This document shows, piece by piece, positions 19,274 through 27,940 of a stretch of DNA of 64,000 nucleotides. How positions within the stretch are numbered: position 1 is the stretch's first letter; each line of letters starts with the position of its first letter. The notes under the pieces are model-generated. The model had not been told where the DNA came from and did no database searches. It worked only from the letters and a program-made list of their open reading frames with translations. The position numbers were made by a program, and so were the translations under genes. The stretch is from positions 785-64,784 of the forward strand of contig JAGWWT010000004.1 of NCBI GenBank assembly GCA_018970245.1, in the 5' to 3' direction. This DNA comes from Patescibacteria group bacterium (lineage in GTDB: Bacteria > Patescibacteriota > Minisyncoccia > Phycocordibacterales > PALSA-1337).

Positions 19274-19860
19274 TTTAATGTTGCTATTGCTTTTTCGAAA
19301 TCTGAGTTTAACGCATTCCACCGATCGAGTGCGTCATGATCGTCTTGTGCTAACAAATCGATCGCCGCTTTCGTCTTGACCACATGATAAAATGCGTCTG
19401 CAAAATCCGTCATTGGCGTTATCGTCGGCACGATAGTCGTCGGTAATCGCCAATACAGAATATTCGTGAAGCCAGAGCCATAATAATGTCCGGCTTGCAC
19501 GAATACATAATTCTGATACGTGTACTGGCTCCTCATACCGTATTCCATCGATTTCGCGGGCACATACTGTGTGCGACCCTCACCATCGACAAAATATCCG
19601 CATTCCAAGAACCAGAAGTCCGATTGCACGGCGGACCCCGGAAATCCCGCAGTCGCCGCATTATCGGCCTTGAGCAGCCGCGATACCGTAATATCGGCCC
19701 GCGGCTCTCGCTGAATAAGTGCCAAAGCGACTTCCTGTTGCGCAATATTCAGCGCCCTAAGAAGCACGTCGTCTTCGTAGAACGTGGCCGTCGTCGCCAT
19801 ACCCCGCGAGGTATCGCGAAGTAAGACGCGAAGAAGGTTCAGAATATCGCTGCCAGACAT
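19270..19860 (-). CDS. Head-tail adaptor / ring protein 1
   Basis: ILNLLRVLLRD..FYEDDVLLRALNIAQQEV..SDFW..YWRLP..FADAFYH. Confidence 0.7.
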   Translation of the reverse strand: MSGSDILNLLRVLLRDTSRGMATTATFYEDDVLLRALNIAQQEVALALIQREPRADITVSRLLKADNAATAGFPGSAVQSDFWFLECGYFVDGEGRTQYVPAKSMEYGMRSQYTYQNYVFVQAGHYYGSGFTNILYWRLPTTIVPTITPMTDFADAFYHVVKTKAAIDLLAQDDHDALDRWNALNSDFEKAIATLK

Positions 19861-20522
19861 CACCACGCAGCGTTTTCTATCTCACCGCTCGCGAGCATCT
19901 GGTTAACGAGATCGTCACCTTCGACATTCGCCGCTTTTGCCTTTCCGGATTGCGGAATAGGGCGCTCGCGACCCGGTGCGCCATCGAAGCGCCCGGAATT
20001 CTTCGACATCGTGGTTTCCGAGCGATGGATCGCCTCGCGGTCCGCCACGCGCCCAGCCATGATCTCCTCGGCTTCATCCGAAGACTCGATCGGTTCCAGG
20101 TCATCAATATCGAACATGCGAAACATCGCCTCCCGATGTGGGTAGCAGCATTTCGACATATACAACGCTCGGTTCACATCCTCGATTGCGTAGTTATTAT
20201 CGTTTGCGAAATCATCCGTGCGACCCGGAAAATTGAATTCCACAACGACCTCGTTCATGATCATCTTGTTGTCCGCGCTAAGGCCCGGAACACGAAGCGT
20301 GATGAGATGCGAGTTCGTCTTTTTCCGCTGGTTAAGATCGACCATCGGCTTACCTTTCGGACTCGTGAACACCTCCTTATTATCCTCGATGATCGCCATA
20401 ACGAAATACGGCTTCGAGAAATCGATCGGGTCTTCCTTTACTCGCGCACTGCTGCGCATTTTCGCCTGATCTTCCGAAGAGAACTTCGGCGCGACCTTCG
20501 GCTTCATTTTACCTTTAGCCAT
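19860..20522 (-). CDS. Hypothetical protein downstream of capsid gene
   Basis: 220 aa ORF, TGATG-coupled to next gene. Confidence 0.7.
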   Translation of the reverse strand: MAKGKMKPKVAPKFSSEDQAKMRSSARVKEDPIDFSKPYFVMAIIEDNKEVFTSPKGKPMVDLNQRKKTNSHLITLRVPGLSADNKMIMNEVVVEFNFPGRTDDFANDNNYAIEDVNRALYMSKCCYPHREAMFRMFDIDDLEPIESSDEAEEIMAGRVADREAIHRSETTMSKNSGRFDGAPGRERPIPQSGKAKAANVEGDDLVNQMLASGEIENAAW

Positions 20523-20529
20523 GATTCAA

Positions 20530-20571
20530 TAAAAATGTTTGGATGCCGGCCACCATAACCGGCATCCAAAC
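20530..20571 (-). terminator. Intrinsic terminator after major capsid gene
   Basis: 13-bp perfect stem GTTTGGATGCCGG/CCGGCATCCAAAC followed by ATTTTTATT. Confidence 0.75.
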
Positions 20572-20580
20572 GAGTTACGG

Positions 20581-21804
20581 TTATGACGGCTGCTTCAGCA
20601 CGGCACCCGATGTTTCCATCTGGTACTGAAGTCCCGTCTGGGATTTCATACCAATGGACATCGTTTGCACGCGCGGAAGCGTGGTGTTCTCGACTCGCAT
20701 AAAGTCGGGAATCGGGCCACTGCGCATGAACATCTGGTTCGGGTCCACGGCTACGATACCCTTGATGTATGGAGAAACCTCGTAGAATTCGGGTTCCTGC
20801 ATAATCAGGATACGATAGTTACCCATGAACAGGAATTCGTAGATGTTCAAACCATAGAGTTGGTTGCCCATCGTCGTCAGCCTGATCTGGGTGGAGATGT
20901 CCTGCGTGAAGTCATTCAGCGCATCCGGACCCCAGAGGGTCATTTTGGTCGCGCTGCCGGAGTATTTCTTCGGCCACACGGCAGTACGAAGCCACTGGCG
21001 CACAACCGCCGCCGTGCATTTACCGGAGTAACTTTGCACATTGGTCTGAATTGTGTTGAGTAGTCCGCGTGTACCGCGAAGCGTTCCGGTGCGAGCCGCC
21101 GCAAGCGTATTCGTCTGCGAGAAGTTCGTCTCGATGTAATACTTCGAGAAGAGCAGATTACGCTCCATATCCTTGCGGAACTGAGTAATCGCGGCTTCCT
21201 TATCGGTAAACCACTTGTTGCCCCAGTAATTAGGAGAGTGATACTCTTCGTCCGTGATCTCGATCGAGGCCGCTTGCTTCGTCACAGTATTTTGCAACTG
21301 CGTCGGCTTCGTGCCTTTGGAATCCGGGAATGAACCGTTTTCCATCATATTGTTGCCGCAGTTAACCAGCGTAACCGGTCCCGCAACAGCCACAATATTC
21401 GATCCCGAAGGCAGGAGTTTAAGCGTGACGTGCGACGAACCCGCCGTATTCCGGTCGATGATGACGGTCGTGATGAAAAACTGGTTCGAAATCGGCTCAC
21501 AGAACGTGTCGCCCTCGATGACTGTGGGAGATGTGATCTCCACGTCCTCGGTTGCGGCTCCGCCTGTAAATCCGGCAGTAATGGTTAGGGTGCCGGTATC
21601 ATACTGGTTCTCGAACCATTCGAAAATCGCGTTCGAAGTCGGACGCAATCTTCCCTTCGTCATCGAGAGCCAGGTCATTAAAGGGCTGGAAACGCGGTCG
21701 TACACGACCACATCTCGCTGCACCTCACGAATATAGTCCACCGTACCGACGGTAAATGTGCCGGATACGCCTACATTCGGAACGGCTACTGGATTAGATG
21801 CCAT
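20581..21804 (-). CDS. Major capsid protein (SU10/DUF5309-like)
   Basis: 407 aa; SPLMTWL, FEWFEN, FRKDMERNLLF, RGTRGLL, YGLNIYEF; follows scaffold, precedes terminator. Confidence 0.88.
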   Translation of the reverse strand: MASNPVAVPNVGVSGTFTVGTVDYIREVQRDVVVYDRVSSPLMTWLSMTKGRLRPTSNAIFEWFENQYDTGTLTITAGFTGGAATEDVEITSPTVIEGDTFCEPISNQFFITTVIIDRNTAGSSHVTLKLLPSGSNIVAVAGPVTLVNCGNNMMENGSFPDSKGTKPTQLQNTVTKQAASIEITDEEYHSPNYWGNKWFTDKEAAITQFRKDMERNLLFSKYYIETNFSQTNTLAAARTGTLRGTRGLLNTIQTNVQSYSGKCTAAVVRQWLRTAVWPKKYSGSATKMTLWGPDALNDFTQDISTQIRLTTMGNQLYGLNIYEFLFMGNYRILIMQEPEFYEVSPYIKGIVAVDPNQMFMRSGPIPDFMRVENTTLPRVQTMSIGMKSQTGLQYQMETSGAVLKQPS

Positions 21805-21823
21805 TGTAAGTACCTCTTAAAAG

Positions 21824-23071
21824 TTAGCCGTGAAGCATATTGAGCGCATCTTCCACGTTCTGGCGCGCGGAGTCACCCGCATACGTCAGGCTTTCGGGCA
21901 CCTGCCCGTCATTCGTGGGAAGCGCGGCAATAGTCTTCACTGATTGTTCGATTGGCGGTTTAAGAAGCTGCGGCTGCGGGGATGCTGGTTTTTTCGCGAG
22001 TGCGCCTTTGATGTCGGCACGCAGTACGATATTTTCCATATCCGCTTCCGATAGCGCATTCGTCTCCATCCAGTCCCGATCGTTGACCATATACCCATTC
22101 GGCAGCCCCTTGCGAGGCAATACCGCCGATGCTTCCAGCGCCTTGGCTACCGCATCTTTCTCCTCCGGAGAAAGCGCAGATACGTCGATCTTGAGCAAGT
22201 CAAGGATGACGCTGGGGGCGCTATTGAGCACCGTGCGGTTCGATTCGAAAAAGCTTTGACGGACTTCTTTGTCCGTCGCATCTTCCGGCGATTCGACCTT
22301 CGCAGCAGGTGTAATGAGTTTTTTGATCTCCGATACAGTGGCCTCCCGCTCTTCTCTCGCGCGCTTTGCGATACGGGCCTCCGCGTTACCAGAGTACCAT
22401 TTATCGTATTCGACTGTGCCTGGCTCGATGCCAAGCTGTTCAAATGGCGTGAGATAATATTCCTCGGTGCCCTCTTTAGGCGGACCGTCCTGCTTCGGTG
22501 GTGCCACGGATATCCCGCTGGCCGCCATTGCTGCTTGTAATGCAGCCTCGCGAGTTGATCCTGCCTTGATTGCGGTCGTATAAACCAGCGTAAAGGGGTC
22601 GCTTTCGACGGCTTTTAGATATTCGAGGTTTTGTTCCACCTGCCCCGACTTCTCAGCGAGTTCCCGTTCCTTCTTTTGAAGTTCGGTTACCCTTTGATCG
22701 TACTTGGGCTTCAGCATGACGCTGCCTTCTAAGGCGGCGACCGTGGTGCGGGTGCCATCCTTCAGGATGACGACTTGCGCGGGATCGTAAGCTGGTACAT
22801 CCTCGGGCTTTTCTTCCTTCGGAGCCTCTGGCTTCTCTTCCGCTTTTTGTTCTGGCGTTACTTCGGCAATCGGTGAGGCCGGTGTTTGCACCTGGGTTGT
22901 CTCCTTCATCTCCGATGTTACGCTTTCGGGAGCAGCCGGGGCTTCGGGTGTCAATGCGCCCTCTTTTGTAATACCCGCAGCAAGGTCGCCCTCGGCACCC
23001 AGAGTCCCCGTGAGGAGAGAAAGGGCGTCGTTAGCGTTCCTATATTCGCTCTCTATTGTTATGTCTGGCAT
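21824..23071 (-). CDS. Capsid scaffolding protein
   Basis: Acidic P/E-rich N-terminus, coiled coil YDQRVTELQKKERELAE; between portal and MCP. Confidence 0.75.
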   Translation of the reverse strand: MPDITIESEYRNANDALSLLTGTLGAEGDLAAGITKEGALTPEAPAAPESVTSEMKETTQVQTPASPIAEVTPEQKAEEKPEAPKEEKPEDVPAYDPAQVVILKDGTRTTVAALEGSVMLKPKYDQRVTELQKKERELAEKSGQVEQNLEYLKAVESDPFTLVYTTAIKAGSTREAALQAAMAASGISVAPPKQDGPPKEGTEEYYLTPFEQLGIEPGTVEYDKWYSGNAEARIAKRAREEREATVSEIKKLITPAAKVESPEDATDKEVRQSFFESNRTVLNSAPSVILDLLKIDVSALSPEEKDAVAKALEASAVLPRKGLPNGYMVNDRDWMETNALSEADMENIVLRADIKGALAKKPASPQPQLLKPPIEQSVKTIAALPTNDGQVPESLTYAGDSARQNVEDALNMLHG

Positions 23072-23244
23072 AAAATATATTCCGTTTTGTAGTTATTTGC
23101 GCATCCGGTTTGTCTTTGTATATCGCACTCCCGTCGGAGCGCGTACACCAAGGCCATAAGCGTCTGGACCTGCAAAGGGAGGTGTCCTATGCTCTGCGCG
23201 GCAGCCACGCCACGCTTCATCGCCCTCATTTTGCCTATCCAAAG

Positions 23245-23327
23245 AGCCAGCCCCGGGAGTCGGACCCGGTGATCTCCTATGCCCCGACTGTATAAAAACA
23301 GCCGCCCCTGGAGCATATTCGACCAGC
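23245..23327 (-). ncRNA. tRNA-like element (acceptor stem plus T-arm, non-canonical middle)
   Basis: GCTGGTC/GGCTGGC stem (3 GU), T-arm CCGGG-TCCGACT-CCCGG, inner helices TATGCTCC/GGGGCATA and CGGCTGT/ACAGTCG; no CCA. Confidence 0.4.
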
Positions 23328-23348
23328 AAACCTGCAAATGGCTAAAAT

Positions 23349-25718
23349 CTATTTGTTCTCTCTTCCCTCCGCGTTCTTCGGTGTACCGACACCCTGCGAT
23401 TTCGCTTTGCCGGTATCTTTCTGCCACTGTGGGGTATTGGCGTTAAAATGCTGCTGGCGCGTATCGTCGATCTGCTGATCCATTCCCGCTTGCTTCGCAT
23501 AGTCCTCAGCCACCATTGCGGGGTGCGCGTCCGGATCGACTCCCGTAGCGGCCAGAATTTCTGCGGTAGCCGCAGGTGACGGTGGAATCTGATAGGTCGC
23601 CGTGAGCCGTGCGCCCTGCTGCGCTTGAATTTCAAGCTCGCGCGCTTTATTCTCCTGCTGCATAACCAAAACCTGTCGCTTGGTCTGCGAGTCGAGTTCC
23701 GCCTGCACCTGCTGGCGTTCGGCGAGATCGGCCTGCTGCTTTTGGATAGCCGCAATATTATCCGAAATCTCTTTCTTATCCGAGTATGGAAGCGGACTAT
23801 ACTTGAGGAGCAGTGGCTCAAAGGCTGCATTAAGTTCCGGACCCATCTGACCCATCGCGCCAATGACCACGCGCATTCGCTGCTCGCGCTCGGATGGACT
23901 CGCGAGTATCTCGGTGATCTCGCACCGGAACTTGAGGTCGCTTAATCGCTGAATACCGAACGAATCGAGTGAGCGATAGATAGTGTCGCCATCCTCGCCA
24001 CGCACCATCATGTTCGTCGTAGGATTGAGGTATTGTCCATAATACAGGCAGGACTCGCCTACAAGCTTAGACGTGGTGCGTAATGTCTCGAAGATCGATT
24101 GCGTCATGGTGCTCGCATAACTCTTGAGCGCCATCTGGCTTTGGGCCGACTGCTGAGAGTAGTCCGCCTGCCCCACGACGCTCGCCGAACCATATAACTG
24201 GTGCATCGTATCCTTCACCACGCCGAGCAGTGAGGTCACCATTTGCGCGTTCTGCTGTGGCACGAAAGACGACATAGCTTTACCCACGTCGAATTCGACC
24301 TGCGGATTATCGAAAATCCAGACACCCTGCCTGTACATCTTGTTAATCACGTCCTGATCGGCCTGCTGGCCGGAAAGATGGGCCTTGTTCACCCCAACCT
24401 GTGGCTTTGTACCGCCGGCGATCTCCTCCATGTACATGATAAGCCGGTTAATAAGCCGCTGGCGGTGCTTGCCGCGCTCTAAAAAACTTACCACCGAACC
24501 ATCGTAATAATCCGGCATGAAGGGGATATAGGGGAACCGGTCGATCTGCTGCGTGGTCACACGCAAAAGCTGCTCGCCTACGAAAATATACTGGTCGATC
24601 ACCGGGACCGTGCATGGCATCGGGTTCGAGACCAACGGCTGCGACGAGCCGATCATCTGAAGCGCGCCGGACTCCATCCACCACTTCCAGAGCATCATGG
24701 CTCCGTCCATCGCATCGCTCTGGTTATCGAAATAATAAGCATCTCCCGTATGTCCATCGAGCACCTGGAATTTATCGATATACCGGCGATGATAAAACTC
24801 GCGGACAAAAAGCAACCCGTTGAATATCGTATTCAGCATCGGGTCGAATGTCGTGGAATAAGGATGGGCGTCGGCCGTAAGGGGTCTGACCGACGGTTTA
24901 TTCATCACAAAAATATTATCCCAACCCTGACGCCCCGTAACCATACCAGCTAACGCCAGTATCTCCGGTGCCCATTCGGGGAACATCGCGGCGAGCCGCA
25001 CACGGTCAAGATAAAAACCTCGCCACAGGTACTTACAATCGGTCCAGAAATTGTCCGTACACGAGTGAATGTCCCACATGAACTCTCGCGATAACGGACG
25101 CTCGATCTTGATGCCGCCAAATGGATTCATCCAGTCGGGACGAACGCTGAATACACCGAGTCCGCGCACGAGGCCATCGCGAAAAATATCGCTTTCTCTG
25201 GCTTCATAACGATTGTCGCCGTTCTGCCTGCACCAGCGCAAGAAATGGGTCGCGCCTTCAGCATACTGCTCCGAAATCGGGTTGCGGCCCACCGCCTCCC
25301 AGTCGGTGCGGGTCTGCAACTGCTCACCGCGCAACTGATCGACAAAGGGGGTGATGATATTGAACTCGTAGGGTTTTTGCCCTTGGTTGATGAAGTGGCG
25401 GCGGTCGTTGTTCGTCCACTGCTCCTCCATATAAAACTTGTGGTTTTCGTCGCCCAAGGCATGGAACTGGCTAAACCATTCGCGATGGAGAAGTTCGAAA
25501 TTCCAGATAAGCTCTCGCGACTCCTCGTTCATCGAGGTAGCGAGTGAGCGGGCGTCCTGCCGCATGGCAAGTATCTCATCGGGATACCGCCCAGACTCAC
25601 GGAGAAGGTTATCCGCAAAATTTGGATCCTTTTGCGCGGCGGCCAAGAGCGCGGCATTCGTTTTGTCATACGAATCCGCGTAAACTGTAGCGAGAGGAGT
25701 CGCACTCGGGGCTATCAT
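23349..25718 (-). CDS. Portal protein (P22-like)
   Basis: 789 aa; FYMEEQW, FNIITPFVDQLRG, DGLVRGLG, RFPYIPF, QRLINR, Q-rich C-terminal barrel. Confidence 0.92.
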   Translation of the reverse strand: MIAPSATPLATVYADSYDKTNAALLAAAQKDPNFADNLLRESGRYPDEILAMRQDARSLATSMNEESRELIWNFELLHREWFSQFHALGDENHKFYMEEQWTNNDRRHFINQGQKPYEFNIITPFVDQLRGEQLQTRTDWEAVGRNPISEQYAEGATHFLRWCRQNGDNRYEARESDIFRDGLVRGLGVFSVRPDWMNPFGGIKIERPLSREFMWDIHSCTDNFWTDCKYLWRGFYLDRVRLAAMFPEWAPEILALAGMVTGRQGWDNIFVMNKPSVRPLTADAHPYSTTFDPMLNTIFNGLLFVREFYHRRYIDKFQVLDGHTGDAYYFDNQSDAMDGAMMLWKWWMESGALQMIGSSQPLVSNPMPCTVPVIDQYIFVGEQLLRVTTQQIDRFPYIPFMPDYYDGSVVSFLERGKHRQRLINRLIMYMEEIAGGTKPQVGVNKAHLSGQQADQDVINKMYRQGVWIFDNPQVEFDVGKAMSSFVPQQNAQMVTSLLGVVKDTMHQLYGSASVVGQADYSQQSAQSQMALKSYASTMTQSIFETLRTTSKLVGESCLYYGQYLNPTTNMMVRGEDGDTIYRSLDSFGIQRLSDLKFRCEITEILASPSEREQRMRVVIGAMGQMGPELNAAFEPLLLKYSPLPYSDKKEISDNIAAIQKQQADLAERQQVQAELDSQTKRQVLVMQQENKARELEIQAQQGARLTATYQIPPSPAATAEILAATGVDPDAHPAMVAEDYAKQAGMDQQIDDTRQQHFNANTPQWQKDTGKAKSQGVGTPKNAEGRENK

Positions 25719-26719
25719 TTGCCACCTCCCATAATACCGCCGCCAAGCGTGTCATAAAGCGACTGGTAGGCTTGCGTTTGTTCGGGATACTGCGTGCCGC
25801 CATAGGTGTCAAGCCATGTTTTCGCTTGGTCACGTATCCTTCCCCAATTATCGGGAGACGACAACCCGGACTGATCCAGACCCAAATTGGATTGTATCTG
25901 AGCCAGCGCGTAAGCAGCCGACGATTTTGAACCATCCGCACCACTGATAACGCTGTTGATTACCGCTGGGTACAGCGAGCGCATTTTTGCGCGAGCCGTA
26001 TAGTACCCCTCGACCGCTTTGCCGTCCTCGTCCGGTGGCGGATACGCGGTAAGCGCCGAGAGAGCACTGTGAAACTGATCGACCGGACTTGCCTTCGTCT
26101 TTGTACTTAGGAATTTTGGCGAGGGCTGATACGTACCCGATGCCTTTTGTTGGTCGAGCGTGCCGGTAGAGCGAAGATTGGAGAGTGTTTGCTGCGCGAT
26201 AGGCACCTTGAATTGCGACGCCGTAGTCTCGTTCTCCATGCGCGTCTGATAATCCGATGATGGCTGGATTCCCTGACCTACGATATTGAACGCATCGGGA
26301 TCGCTATATCCAAGATCGGCCCCGGATGCTTCCTGCGCTGCAATATTAGCTCGATTGATCGCATCGGAAAACAATCCCTTTTGCGCAAGAGCCACACCCG
26401 ACGCACCATATTTATCCGGATTCGCGATTACATTCTTGAATACATCGTCCTGCGCGTCCAGCGCACCCGCGAGACCCTTGCCTTGCGCCAATCGAAGCGT
26501 TTGCTGGCGGGTGGCGTCTGCTGCCGCCGTTTTTTGCGCGAGAGAAGCATCGTTTCGCGCGGTCTCCGCATCCTCGGACTGCTGATTTTTCGCGAGCGCC
26601 GCACGCTCCGACGCCTGCTTGCCTAATTGCTCGGCAGTCGTCTGGTAGCCAGTATCGAATGCTTCAGAGGCGGCTTTCGATAAGGCAGAAGATGGTGCAG
26701 TGAGGCTTAAAAAACTCAT
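25715..26719 (-). CDS. Putative internal virion / DNA-ejection protein
   Basis: 334 aa Ala/Gln-rich helical protein. Confidence 0.6.
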   Translation of the reverse strand: MSFLSLTAPSSALSKAASEAFDTGYQTTAEQLGKQASERAALAKNQQSEDAETARNDASLAQKTAAADATRQQTLRLAQGKGLAGALDAQDDVFKNVIANPDKYGASGVALAQKGLFSDAINRANIAAQEASGADLGYSDPDAFNIVGQGIQPSSDYQTRMENETTASQFKVPIAQQTLSNLRSTGTLDQQKASGTYQPSPKFLSTKTKASPVDQFHSALSALTAYPPPDEDGKAVEGYYTARAKMRSLYPAVINSVISGADGSKSSAAYALAQIQSNLGLDQSGLSSPDNWGRIRDQAKTWLDTYGGTQYPEQTQAYQSLYDTLGGGIMGGGK

Positions 26720-26800
26720 AAAAAAAAAGAGGAGCGACGAGTGCTCCTCTTGTGCGGAGATACCCGTCGCTCCCGTTTTGCCCCGTAAGGCTACGATCGC
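26720..26800 (-). promoter_or_regulatory. Conserved late leader B
   Basis: GCGATCG..GCCT-TACG-GGGC..ACGG GAGCGACGGGT/ACTCGTCGCTC CTC T9 ATG. Confidence 0.7.
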
Positions 26801-26822
26801 GTGATTAGAATTCTATGCTATA

Positions 26823-27047
26823 TTACGTGTTTTCGGGAGAAATCGTTTCTGGTATTTCTTCGATGGTAATTCGGAGCTTCTGTGCCCTTGCACCCGGATA
26901 ATGCTTTTGAGGCCACGCGGCATCGGCCCGAGAGCCGTCGCGAATCGTCGAAATCGGCATTCCAAGCGGACCAAATTCATTAGACTGAAGCCTCAAATAT
27001 CCGCCATCTTTCTTGAGGCCATAGCATTCGTAAGTTGTTATCTCCAT
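26823..27047 (-). CDS. Hypothetical protein
   Basis: 74 aa, overlaps upstream stop. Confidence 0.55.
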   Translation of the reverse strand: MEITTYECYGLKKDGGYLRLQSNEFGPLGMPISTIRDGSRADAAWPQKHYPGARAQKLRITIEEIPETISPENT

Positions 27048-27535
27048 CGCTTCTTCTCCTCTTTTGTTAAATGCCAGGATTTTATCGCCTGACCGAAATC
27101 TACAATACCCGATTTTTTAAGCTCGCCGCCGGACTCCAAAAACGCATCGCGGATCGGTACGCCGTGCATTTTACCCGTACCCTCGATCTCGGCAAATGCC
27201 TGGTCGATAAGCGTTTTCGCCGCATCGCTATAATACTGCCAGAACTGGTCTTCCTGTGTAGTGGTCTGGAATCGAATAGCGAGACGGCTAAAATGAATAA
27301 TTTCCGCTCCGTTGTCCGGATACAGAATTTCTTTCCGCGAACCGACGACGCGCTCTTTTGCCGTGGCACCAAGCAATAGTTTCGCTGTCCGAAGCGGATA
27401 GCCGTGGCATTTTTGCGTGAGATCGACCAATTCCCATGTTTTTCGAGCATCCGCGATATTCGCGCTGATAACGCTTACTCGCGGACGGTCGGGCTGAGGA
27501 AACTCAGGTGACGTAAATACTATGACGTTAGCCAC
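27038..27535 (-). CDS. Hypothetical protein
   Basis: 165 aa, tiles in operon. Confidence 0.65.
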   Translation of the reverse strand: MANVIVFTSPEFPQPDRPRVSVISANIADARKTWELVDLTQKCHGYPLRTAKLLLGATAKERVVGSRKEILYPDNGAEIIHFSRLAIRFQTTTQEDQFWQYYSDAAKTLIDQAFAEIEGTGKMHGVPIRDAFLESGGELKKSGIVDFGQAIKSWHLTKEEKKRWR

Positions 27536-27746
27536 GTTTTTCTCGTTTTCGCGCTTGCTCTTTTGCCAGCCAAAGAATCCGGTGCTGGTCTAAGTCCATT
27601 TGAATTAATTGGTTGCGCCACGCGAGCGCAAGCTGACCCGATACGCGGGTCATCATCTCCTGCTCTTTGTAAATATGGGCGCCGACCGCATTCCAAACGC
27701 GCTCGAACTGCTCTTTTGTCATGCGGTGACCTTTCATTTTACTCAT
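27528..27746 (-). CDS. Hypothetical protein
   Basis: MSKMKGHRM...; ATGA coupling. Confidence 0.55.
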   Translation of the reverse strand: MSKMKGHRMTKEQFERVWNAVGAHIYKEQEMMTRVSGQLALAWRNQLIQMDLDQHRILWLAKEQARKREKRG

Positions 27747-27940
27747 CGTTTTTTCACCACCTCTCCGGGATAATGCTGCTTGTTGTGATACAAAGAAATA
27801 TTCTCTTCGGCGAGTAAAAACTGGTACTCTTTTTTCTTGCCTGATCGAGTAGTAAGCACGGCTTTTATCACGCGCTTGCCCTCGAAGGCTACGGGTCCGT
27901 TGGCTAATTCCGGTATTTCGAACGTGGGCCTTACACCCAT
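27743..27940 (-). CDS. Small basic beta-rich protein
   Basis: 65 aa, KRVIKAVLTTRSGKKKEYQFLL; overlaps TerL end. Confidence 0.55.
   Translation of the reverse strand: MGVRPTFEIPELANGPVAFEGKRVIKAVLTTRSGKKKEYQFLLAEENISLYHNKQHYPGEVVKKR

Noticed and set aside
23245-23327. Canonical or suppressor tRNA
   Set aside because: No proper D-arm, no 7-nt anticodon loop, three GU pairs in the acceptor; kept only as tRNA-like
23059-23427. Protein-coding ORFs between portal and scaffold
   Set aside because: Overlap neighbours, no SD or motif; region is better explained by RNA structure
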